DNA of 64,000 nucleotides from Escherichia coli (GTDB lineage Bacteria; Pseudomonadota; Gammaproteobacteria; Enterobacterales; Enterobacteriaceae): NCBI RefSeq assembly GCF_050320075.1, contig NZ_CP190018.1; one strand, 5' to 3'. Shown piece by piece: positions 55,466 to 64,000 of this stretch (position 1 is its first letter; each line of letters starts with the position of its first letter). The notes under the pieces were generated by a model. It saw only the letters and a program-made list of their open reading frames with translations, ran no database searches and was not told where the DNA came from. The position numbers and the translations under genes were made by a program.

Positions 55466-56623
55466 ATGCACGTTACAGCCAAGCCCTCCAGTTTTCAATG
55501 TAATCTCAAATGTGATTACTGTTTTTACCTTGAAAAAGAGTCGCAGTTTACTCATGAAAAATGGATGGATGACAGCACTCTGAAAGAGTTCATCAAACAA
55601 TATATCGCAGCGTCTGGCAATCAGGTCTATTTTACCTGGCAAGGCGGTGAACCCACTCTGGCTGGCCTGGATTTTTTCCGTAAAGTTATTCACTATCAAC
55701 AACGCTATGCAGGCCAAAAACGTATTTTTAATGCATTACAAACGAATGGCATTTTATTGAATAATGAATGGTGTGCCTTTCTCAAAGAACATGAGTTTCT
55801 GGTTGGTATCTCGATCGATGGACCCCAGGAGCTACATGACCGTTACAGACGCAGTAATTCTGGTAACGGTACTTTTGCAAAAGTGATAGCAGCCATCGAG
55901 CGTCTGAAATCATATCAAGTAGAGTTTAATACGTTAACCGTCATTAATAACGTTAATGTCCATTACCCTCTTGAGGTTTATCATTTTTTAAAATCTATCG
56001 GCAGTAAACATATGCAATTTATCGAATTGCTCGAAACCGGGACGCCGAATATTGATTTCAGTGGTCATAGTGAGAACACATTCCGTATCATTGATTTTTC
56101 TGTGCCTCCTACGGCTTATGGCAAGTTTATGTCGACCATTTTTATGCAATGGGTTAAAAACGATGTGGGTGAAATTTTCATCCGTCAGTTTGAAAGTTTT
56201 GTCAGCCGTTTTTTGGGGAATGGGCATACCAGTTGTATTTTCCAGGAGTCCTGCAAGGATAATCTGGTTGTTGAAAGTAATGGAGACATTTACGAATGCG
56301 ACCATTTTGTCTATCCACAGTACAAAATTGGAAACATTAATAAATCTGAACTTAAAACGATGAACAGTGTACAACTGACAGCGCAAAAAAAACGGATTTC
56401 AGCGAAATGTCAGCAATGTGCATATAAACCTATCTGCAATGGCGGTTGCCCTAAGCATCGTATTACTAAAGTAAACAATGAGACTGTTTCCTATTTTTGC
56501 GAAGGTTATAAAATCCTTTTTTCAACCATGGTACCTTATATGAACGCCATGGTGGAGTTAGCCAAGAACAGAGTACCGCTTTACCACATTATGGATGTTG
56601 CAAAACAAATGGAGAATAATTAA
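55466..56623 (+). CDS. ydeM: Anaerobic sulfatase-maturating enzyme homologue YdeM (radical SAM/SPASM)
   Basis: About 385-aa protein with CNLKCDYC radical-SAM motif and C-terminal Cys clusters; follows ydeN. Confidence 0.85.
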   Translation: MHVTAKPSSFQCNLKCDYCFYLEKESQFTHEKWMDDSTLKEFIKQYIAASGNQVYFTWQGGEPTLAGLDFFRKVIHYQQRYAGQKRIFNALQTNGILLNNEWCAFLKEHEFLVGISIDGPQELHDRYRRSNSGNGTFAKVIAAIERLKSYQVEFNTLTVINNVNVHYPLEVYHFLKSIGSKHMQFIELLETGTPNIDFSGHSENTFRIIDFSVPPTAYGKFMSTIFMQWVKNDVGEIFIRQFESFVSRFLGNGHTSCIFQESCKDNLVVESNGDIYECDHFVYPQYKIGNINKSELKTMNSVQLTAQKKRISAKCQQCAYKPICNGGCPKHRITKVNNETVSYFCEGYKILFSTMVPYMNAMVELAKNRVPLYHIMDVAKQMENN

Positions 56624-56914
56624 TAACGCTCCTTCTTTGCTCCAGTCTTAGCCTCCGTCTTATGACCTTAACAAAGCACCCGACATAAATTCCTGTTGGG
56701 TGTTTCGTCATAATCATCTTCCCTTGCGAAAATTCTGGCTTACGTGGCATGCGTCAGGGCATTAGCAATACCCTTGATTATCAATAGCATAACCGTAACC
56801 ATTGAAAATAAAAAAATTTCTTTATATTTCAAAATGTTAAATGACACTTAAATAAATTTCATCAGTAAATCATTGCCATAGATAATCATTGGATGGCACA
56901 ATCAATTTTCGCTA

Positions 56915-58600
56915 ATGATAACCATTCCCATTACGTTTCGTATGTTGATAGCAAAGTATCTCTGTCTGCTGAAGCCCTTTTGGCTGCGTAAGAATAATAA
57001 AACTTCAGTGCTGTTAATCATTATTATCCTCGCCATGATCCTTGGCGTGGTTAAAATTCAGGTCTGGTTAAACGACTGGAATAATGATTTTTTCAATGCG
57101 CTAAGCCAGAAAGAAACCGATAAGCTTTGGCAGCTTGTCCTTTGGTTCCCTGCCCTGCTGGGGATCTTTGTATTAATATCCGTAAACAAAACATGGTTAA
57201 TTAAACTGCTGACTATTCGCTGGCGCGAATGGTTAACAGATTACTACCTTAATCGGTGGTTTGCAGATAAAAACTACTACTTCACGCAGATCTACGGCGA
57301 GCATAAAAATACAGATAACCCTGACCAACGTATCGCTGAAGACATTCTCTTACTGATCAGCAAAACGCTCAGTCTTTCATTTGGCTTCATCCAGTCACTT
57401 AGCATGCTGATCACCTTTACCGTTATTCTTTGGCAAAGCGCGGGTACGCTCTCATTCACTGTTGGTGGAACAGAATGGAATATCCAGGGGTATATGGTCT
57501 ATACCGTTGTGCTCATTGTGATCGGTGGAACTTTATTTACTCATAAGGTTGGTAAACGTATTCGTCCGCTTAATGTGGAAAAGCAACGTAGCGAAGCGAC
57601 ATTTCGAACTAATCTTGTGCAGCATAATAAGCAGGCTGAACTGATTGCGCTAAGCAATGCTGAGTCTCTACAACGCCAGGAGTTGAGCGACAATTTTCAT
57701 ACCATTAAAGAGAACTGGCATCGTTTAATGAATCGTCAGCGCTGGCTTGATTACTGGCAGAATATTTATTCGCGCTCGCTTAGCGTTCTTCCCTACTTTC
57801 TGTTATTGCCACAGTTTATTAGCGGACAGATCAATCTGGGCGGACTGATGAAATCGCGCCAGGCATTTATGCTGGTATCGAACAATTTAAGCTGGTTTAT
57901 TTATAAATATGACGAACTTGCTGAACTGGCTGCGGTTATCGATCGTTTGTATGAGTTCCATCAACTCACCGAACAGCGCCCTACGAATAAGCCTAAAAAT
58001 TGCCAACATGCGGTACAAGTGGCTGACGCGAGTATTCGTACTCCTGATAATAAGATCATATTAGAGAACCTGAACTTTCATGTTTCGCCAGGCAAATGGC
58101 TATTACTGAAAGGTTACTCTGGTGCGGGAAAAACCACACTGCTTAAAACATTATCCCACTGCTGGCCGTGGTTCAAAGGTGATATTTCTTCTCCTGCTGA
58201 CAGTTGGTATGTGTCACAAACACCGTTAATCAAAACCGGCTTACTGAAAGAGATTATTTGTAAAGCACTTCCCCTGCCCGTAGACGATAAATCGTTGAGC
58301 GAAATACTGCATCAGGTTGGTCTGGGGAAATTGGCTGCGCGTATTCATGACCACGATCGCTGGGGAGATATTCTTTCCAGCGGCGAAAAACAACGTATCG
58401 CCCTGGCACGATTAATTTTACGACGTCCGAAATGGATATTTCTTGACGAAACTACCTCTCATCTTGAGGAACAAGAGGCTATCCGCTTACTGCGTTTAGT
58501 GCGTGAAAAACTACCCACAAGCGGCGTCATTATGGTTACACATCAACCCGGTGTCTGGAACCTGGCTGATGATATTTGTGACATTAGCGCGGTTTTATAA
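56915..58600 (+). CDS. yddA: Fused ABC transporter permease/ATPase YddA
   Basis: 561-aa protein; N-terminal TM domain, C-terminal ABC ATPase (Walker A GYSGAGKTT, signature LSSGEKQR). Confidence 0.88.
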   Translation: MITIPITFRMLIAKYLCLLKPFWLRKNNKTSVLLIIIILAMILGVVKIQVWLNDWNNDFFNALSQKETDKLWQLVLWFPALLGIFVLISVNKTWLIKLLTIRWREWLTDYYLNRWFADKNYYFTQIYGEHKNTDNPDQRIAEDILLLISKTLSLSFGFIQSLSMLITFTVILWQSAGTLSFTVGGTEWNIQGYMVYTVVLIVIGGTLFTHKVGKRIRPLNVEKQRSEATFRTNLVQHNKQAELIALSNAESLQRQELSDNFHTIKENWHRLMNRQRWLDYWQNIYSRSLSVLPYFLLLPQFISGQINLGGLMKSRQAFMLVSNNLSWFIYKYDELAELAAVIDRLYEFHQLTEQRPTNKPKNCQHAVQVADASIRTPDNKIILENLNFHVSPGKWLLLKGYSGAGKTTLLKTLSHCWPWFKGDISSPADSWYVSQTPLIKTGLLKEIICKALPLPVDDKSLSEILHQVGLGKLAARIHDHDRWGDILSSGEKQRIALARLILRRPKWIFLDETTSHLEEQEAIRLLRLVREKLPTSGVIMVTHQPGVWNLADDICDISAVL

Positions 58601-58637
58601 AAACAATAAAAGCCCTGCTGTACGGAGATAAAAATAA

Positions 58638-61010
58638 ATGAAGCGAGTTCTTATTCCTGGCGTCATTTTATGTGGCGCTGATGTGGCGCAGGCCGTCGAT
58701 GACAAAAACATGTACATGCATGTTTTTGAAGAGATGACGGTCTATGCTCCTGTCCCTGTACCCGTAAACGGCAACACGCATTACACCAGTGAAAGCATCG
58801 AGCGTTTACCGACCGGGAATGGCAATATCAGCGATCTGCTGAGAACCAACCCTGCGGTACGCATGGATTCAACGCAAAGTACCTCATTGAACCAGGGAGA
58901 TATTCGCCCTGAGAAAATCTCTATTCACGGTGCGTCGCCCTACCAGAATGCCTATTTGATTGACGGTATTAGTGCAACTAATAACCTGAACCCAGCGAAT
59001 GAGTCCGATGCCAGTAGTGCAACCAATATTAGCGGGATGTCACAGGGGTATTATCTTGATGTCAGCTTACTGGACAATGTGACGCTTTATGACAGTTTTG
59101 TGCCGGTTGAATTTGGTCGCTTCAATGGCGGGGTAATTGATGCAAAGATCAAACGCTTCAACGCTGATGATAGCAGCGTGAAACTGGGTTACCGCACTAC
59201 GCGTTCGGACTGGTTAACATCGCATATCGATGAGAATAACAAGAGCGCATTTAATCAAGGCTCTTCAGGAAGTACTTATTACTCCCCAGATTTTAAAAAG
59301 AACTTTTATACTTTGTTATTTAATCAGGAACTCGCTGATAACTTCGGCGTTACCGCCGGTTTATCGCGCCGCCAGTCTGATATCACCCGCGCGGATTATG
59401 TTTCGAATGACGGCATTGTCGCCGGTCGGGCACAGTATAAAAACGTTATCGATACCGCAGTGAGCAAATTTACCTGGTTTGCCAGTGACCGCTTTACCCA
59501 CGATTTAACCTTAAAATATACCGGCTCCAGCCGTGATTATAATACCAGCACCTTCCCGGAGTCTGATCGCGAAATGGGTAATAAATCCTATGGTCTGGCA
59601 TGGGATATGGATACGCAGCTCGCATGGGCCAAACTGCGTACTACCGTTGGTTGGGATCATATTAGTGATTATACCCGTCACGATCATGACATATGGTACA
59701 CCGAACTTTCATGTACATATGGTGATATTTCAGGGCGTTGCACCCGTGGCGGATTAGGACACATTTCCCAGGCTGTAGATAATTACACCTTCAAAACACG
59801 CCTGGACTGGCAAAAATACGCCGTGGGTAATGTTTCGCATCAACCCTACTTCGGCGCGGAATACATCTATTCCGATGCATGGACTGAACGCCATAACCAG
59901 TCTGAATCCTATGTGATTAATGCTGCAGGAAAGAAAACTAACCATACCATTTACCATAAAGGTAAAGGCAGTCTGGGAATTGACAACTACACGCTGTATA
60001 TGGCGGATCGCATTAGCTGGCGGAATGTGTCGTTAATGCCCGGTGTGCGATATGACTATGACAACTATCTGTCAAACCACAATATCTCCCCGCGATTTAT
60101 GACGGAATGGGATATTTTTGCTGATCAAACCTCAATGATTACTGCCGGTTATAACCGTTACTATGGCGGGAATATTCTTGATATGGGATTACGTGATATC
60201 CGCAATAGCTGGACGGAATCGGTATCAGGCAATAAAACCCTGACGCGTTATCAGGATTTGAAAACACCTTATAACGATGAACTGGCAATGGGGTTGCAGC
60301 AGAAAATCGGAAAGAACGTTATTGCGCGTGCAAACTATGTTTATCGTGAAGCGCATGATCAAATCAGTAAAAGCAGTCGTACCGACAGCGCGACTAAAAC
60401 CACCATTACTGAATATAACAACGACGGCAAAACCAAAACGCATTCGTTCAACCTCAGTTTTGAACTGGCCGAACCCCTGCATATCAGCCAGGTAGATATT
60501 AACCCGCAAATTGTCTTTAGCTATATCAAGAGCAAGGGCAACTTGTCGTTAAACAATGGTTATGAGGAGAGCAATACCGGTGATAACCGGGTGGTATATA
60601 ACGGTAATCTGGTCTCTTACGATAGCGTTCCAGTGGCGGATTTTAATAATCCACTAAAGATCTCCTTAAACATGGATTTCACGCATCAACCGAGCGGGTT
60701 GGTGTGGGCGAATACGTTGACCTGGCAAGAAGCGCGTAAAGCTCGCATTATCCTGGGTAAGACGAATGCGCAATACATCAGCGAATATTCAGATTACAAG
60801 CAGTATGTTGACGAGAGACTGGATAGCAGCCTGACCTGGGACACCCGCTTGTCCTGGACGCCACAATTTCTGAAACAACAAAACCTGACGATCAGTGCCG
60901 ATATTCTCAATGTACTGGATAGCAAAACCGCTGTTGATACAACGAATACCGGCGTGGCGACCTACGCCAGTGGCCGTACTTTCTGGCTTGATGTCAGCAT
61001 GAAATTTTAA
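58638..61010 (+). CDS. yddB: TonB-dependent-receptor-like outer-membrane protein YddB
   Basis: 790-aa predicted beta-barrel with plug-like N-terminal region and terminal aromatic residue (…WLDVSMKF). Confidence 0.85.
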   Translation: MKRVLIPGVILCGADVAQAVDDKNMYMHVFEEMTVYAPVPVPVNGNTHYTSESIERLPTGNGNISDLLRTNPAVRMDSTQSTSLNQGDIRPEKISIHGASPYQNAYLIDGISATNNLNPANESDASSATNISGMSQGYYLDVSLLDNVTLYDSFVPVEFGRFNGGVIDAKIKRFNADDSSVKLGYRTTRSDWLTSHIDENNKSAFNQGSSGSTYYSPDFKKNFYTLLFNQELADNFGVTAGLSRRQSDITRADYVSNDGIVAGRAQYKNVIDTAVSKFTWFASDRFTHDLTLKYTGSSRDYNTSTFPESDREMGNKSYGLAWDMDTQLAWAKLRTTVGWDHISDYTRHDHDIWYTELSCTYGDISGRCTRGGLGHISQAVDNYTFKTRLDWQKYAVGNVSHQPYFGAEYIYSDAWTERHNQSESYVINAAGKKTNHTIYHKGKGSLGIDNYTLYMADRISWRNVSLMPGVRYDYDNYLSNHNISPRFMTEWDIFADQTSMITAGYNRYYGGNILDMGLRDIRNSWTESVSGNKTLTRYQDLKTPYNDELAMGLQQKIGKNVIARANYVYREAHDQISKSSRTDSATKTTITEYNNDGKTKTHSFNLSFELAEPLHISQVDINPQIVFSYIKSKGNLSLNNGYEESNTGDNRVVYNGNLVSYDSVPVADFNNPLKISLNMDFTHQPSGLVWANTLTWQEARKARIILGKTNAQYISEYSDYKQYVDERLDSSLTWDTRLSWTPQFLKQQNLTISADILNVLDSKTAVDTTNTGVATYASGRTFWLDVSMKF

Positions 61011-61054
61011 TAGTTCGGATTTTACTTTACCGGGTAAATTCGCCCGGTTTTCGC

Positions 61055-63850
61055 ATGGAGATAATTATGAGAAACCTCTGTTTCTTACTGACGTTAGTGG
61101 CAACTCTGTTGCTCCCCGGGCGACTGATTGCCGCCGCCTTACCGCAGGATGAAAAGTTAATTACCGGGCAACTGGACAATGGCTTGCGATATATGATTTA
61201 TCCGCATGCTCAACCAAAGGATCAGGTAAATTTATGGCTGCAAATTCATACCGGTTCATTGCAGGAAGAAGACAATGAGCGCGGCGTGGCTCATTTTGTA
61301 GAACATATGATGTTTAACGGCACAAAAACATGGCCGGGTAATAAAGTCATCGAAACATTTGAGTCAATGGGCCTGCGCTTTGGTCGCGATGTTAATGCCT
61401 ATACCAGCTATGACGAAACGGTGTATCAGGTAAGTTTGCCGACTACGCAGAAACAAAATCTGCAACAAGTGATGGCAATCTTCAGTGAATGGAGTAATGC
61501 CGCAACCTTTGAAAAACTCGAAGTAGACGCTGAACGCGGCGTAATTACTGAGGAATGGCGTGCCCATCAGGATGCGAAATGGCGCACCTCTCAGGCGCGC
61601 CGCCCTTTCCTGCAGGCTAATACCCGTAATTTAGACCGTGAACCTATCGGCCTGATGGATACTGTCGCTACGGTCACACCGGCACAATTGCGCCAATTTT
61701 ATCAACGCTGGTATCAACCAAATAATATGACCTTTATCGTGGTCGGCGATATTGACAGTAAAGAAGCGCTGGCGCTGATTAAGGATAATTTAAGTAAGCT
61801 TCCGGCTAACAAAGCAGCTGAAAATCGCGTCTGGCCGACAAAAGCCGAAAACCACCTGCGCTTTAATATCATTAATGATAAAGAAAACCGGGTGAACGGC
61901 ATCGCACTCTATTATCGCCTGCCAATGGTGCAAGTGAGCGATGAGCAAAGCTTTATCGAACAAGCTGAATGGAGCATGTTGGTTCAGCTGTTCAATCAGC
62001 GTCTGCAGGAACGCATACAGTCGGGCGAGTTGAAGACTATTTCTGGCGGCACTGCGCGCAGCGTTAGAATTGCACCCGATTATCAGTCGCTGTTTTTCCG
62101 TGTAAATGCACGAGACGATAATATGCAGGATGCTGCGAATGCATTAATGGCAGAGTTGGCAACTATTGATCAGCATGGTTTTTCTGCTGAAGAACTCGAT
62201 GATGTCAAATCTACCCGTCTCACCTGGCTGAAAAATGCGGTTGATCAGCAAGCTGAACGTGATTTACGTATGCTGACCAGTCGCCTGGCATCCAGCTCAT
62301 TAAATAATACGCCGTTCTTGTCGCCGGAAGAGACATATCAACTTTCGAAACGTCTGTGGCAGCAAATTACCGTGCAAAGTCTGGCGGAAAAATGGCAGCA
62401 GTTAAGAAAGAACCAGGATGCATTTTGGGAGCAAATGGTAAACAATGAGGTTGCTGCCAAAAAAGCATTGTCTCCTGCGGCTATCCTGGCGCTGGAAAAA
62501 GAGTACGCCAACAAAAAGCTGGCGGCTTACATCTTCCCAGGCAGAAATTTATCGTTAACAGTAGACGCTGACCCACAGGCGGAAATTAGCAGCAAAGAAA
62601 CGCTGGCTGAGAATCTGACATCATTAACACTTTCCAATGGTGCCAGGGTTATTCTGGCAAAATCTGCGGGTGAAGAGCAAAAGCTACAAATTACTGCCGT
62701 ATCTAATAAAGGCGATTTAAGTTTCCCTGCGCAGCAAAAATCACTTATCGCGCTGGCAAATAAAGCAGTAAGCGGAAGCGGCGTTGGTGAACTCTCCTCT
62801 TCCAGCCTGAAACGCTGGAGTGCGGAAAACTCGGTAACCATGAGCAGTAAAGTCAGTGGCATGAATACATTGCTCTCTGTTAGCGCGCGGGCTAATAACC
62901 CTGAACCTGGTTTCCAGTTGATTAACCAGCGAATCACCCACAGCACGATTAACGATAATATTTGGGCATCGCTACAAAATGCTCAAATTCAGGCGTTGAA
63001 AACGCTCGACCAGCGTCCAGCGGAGAAATTCGCCCAGCAGATGTATGAGACGCGCTATGCTGATGACCGCACGAAATTACTGCAAGAAAATCAGATTGCA
63101 CAGTTTACTGCCGCAGATGCGCTGGCTGCCGATCGCCAGTTGTTTTCATCTCCAGCGGATATCACGTTTGTCATTGTCGGTAATGTCGCAGAAGACAAAC
63201 TCGTGGCGTTAATTACGCGTTACTTAGGATCAATCAAACACTCTGATTCGCCATTAGCCGCAGGTAAACCATTAACTCGCGCGACGGACAACGCATCGGT
63301 TACTGTAAAAGAACAAAATGAACCTTTGGCACAGGTTTCACAGTGGAAGCGTTATGATTCCCGGACACCTGTAAATCTGGAGACGCGTATGGCGCTCGAT
63401 GCTTTTAACGTCGCACTGGCAAAAGATCTACGCGTTAATATTCGTGAACAGGCCTCTGGGGCATACAGCGTTTCTTCTCGCCTCTCGGTTGATCCTCAGG
63501 CCAAAGATATCAGTCATTTGCTGGCTTTTACTTGTCAACCGGAACGACATGATGAACTGTTAACGTTAGCGAATGAAGTGATGGTTAAGCGTCTGGCTAA
63601 AGGGATCAGTGAGCAAGAACTGAACGAATACCAGCAAAACGTTCAGCGCAGCCTCGATATCCAACAGCGTAGCGTTCAACAATTAGCGAACACCATTGTA
63701 AATAGTCTTATTCAATATGACGATCCTGCAGCATGGACTGAGCAGGAGCAATTGTTGAAACAAATGACGGTAGAGAATGTTAACACTGCCGTTAAACAAT
63801 ATCTTTCTCATCCGGTGAATACCTATACCGGAGTATTGTTGCCAAAATAA
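61055..63850 (+). CDS. pqqL: Periplasmic M16-family zinc metallopeptidase PqqL
   Basis: 931-aa protein with signal peptide and inverted zinc-binding motif HFVEH. Confidence 0.88.
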   Translation: MEIIMRNLCFLLTLVATLLLPGRLIAAALPQDEKLITGQLDNGLRYMIYPHAQPKDQVNLWLQIHTGSLQEEDNERGVAHFVEHMMFNGTKTWPGNKVIETFESMGLRFGRDVNAYTSYDETVYQVSLPTTQKQNLQQVMAIFSEWSNAATFEKLEVDAERGVITEEWRAHQDAKWRTSQARRPFLQANTRNLDREPIGLMDTVATVTPAQLRQFYQRWYQPNNMTFIVVGDIDSKEALALIKDNLSKLPANKAAENRVWPTKAENHLRFNIINDKENRVNGIALYYRLPMVQVSDEQSFIEQAEWSMLVQLFNQRLQERIQSGELKTISGGTARSVRIAPDYQSLFFRVNARDDNMQDAANALMAELATIDQHGFSAEELDDVKSTRLTWLKNAVDQQAERDLRMLTSRLASSSLNNTPFLSPEETYQLSKRLWQQITVQSLAEKWQQLRKNQDAFWEQMVNNEVAAKKALSPAAILALEKEYANKKLAAYIFPGRNLSLTVDADPQAEISSKETLAENLTSLTLSNGARVILAKSAGEEQKLQITAVSNKGDLSFPAQQKSLIALANKAVSGSGVGELSSSSLKRWSAENSVTMSSKVSGMNTLLSVSARANNPEPGFQLINQRITHSTINDNIWASLQNAQIQALKTLDQRPAEKFAQQMYETRYADDRTKLLQENQIAQFTAADALAADRQLFSSPADITFVIVGNVAEDKLVALITRYLGSIKHSDSPLAAGKPLTRATDNASVTVKEQNEPLAQVSQWKRYDSRTPVNLETRMALDAFNVALAKDLRVNIREQASGAYSVSSRLSVDPQAKDISHLLAFTCQPERHDELLTLANEVMVKRLAKGISEQELNEYQQNVQRSLDIQQRSVQQLANTIVNSLIQYDDPAAWTEQEQLLKQMTVENVNTAVKQYLSHPVNTYTGVLLPK

Positions 63851-63856
63851 TAACAG

Positions 63857-63886
63857 CCCCGTCAACACCTCGTTGGCGGGGATTTT
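63857..63886 (+). terminator. Putative rho-independent terminator downstream of pqqL
   Basis: CCCCGTCAAC / GTTGGCGGGG stem (one mismatch) followed by ATTTT. Confidence 0.5.
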
Positions 63887-64000
63887 AGCAATATTCGCTA
63901 TTTTTATGTAATAATTTTATAAATGCGTTCAAAATAATAACCAAGTACTAATAGTGATATTTTAAGGTCTGATTTTTACGTGATAATTCAGGAGGCGTAG

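Overview
This window is an Escherichia coli-type chromosomal segment covering, in reverse orientation relative to K-12, the mar - lsr - hipBA - ydeP/safA-ydeO - yddA/yddB/pqqL neighbourhood. The conserved backbone reads marBAR/marC, sotB, yneK, yneJ, sad, glsB, yneG, dgcF, uxaB, yneE, tam, lsrGFBDCA, lsrR, lsrK, a long AIDA-like autotransporter, hipB, hipA, then an F9-like fimbrial remnant, ydeP, safA, ydeO, ydeN, ydeM, yddA, yddB and pqqL. Gene identities come from recognising the translated ORFs and their synteny; no database search was run. Three accessory segments interrupt this backbone. (1) A cryptic-looking lactose/cellobiose-family PTS cluster next to marB, with a glycoporin and a family-1 6-phospho-beta-glucosidase that carries an in-frame TAA. 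(2) An island of about 10 kb between hipA and the fimbrial genes: a low-GC orphan gene for a SIR2-like (SIR2_2/ThsA-DSR-type) protein with an uncharacterised C-terminal domain, a frameshifted DDE transposase remnant, and a LysR-controlled oxidoreductase/detoxification cluster containing decayed genes. (3) A complete 768-bp IS1 that truncates the fimbrial usher with no target-site duplication, implying an IS1-mediated deletion. The most interesting candidate for an undescribed system is the single-gene SIR2-domain protein at 35233-36585, which has no ThsB/HerA/Argonaute/STAND partner and sits beside the hipBA toxin-antitoxin module and an IS remnant. Regulatory sites readable directly from the sequence include the marO MarR palindromes and marbox, four HipB operators, two EvgA boxes and paired TGAACA-N21-TGTTCA palindromes in the lsr intergenic region. 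No rRNA, tRNA or CRISPR array was recognised.
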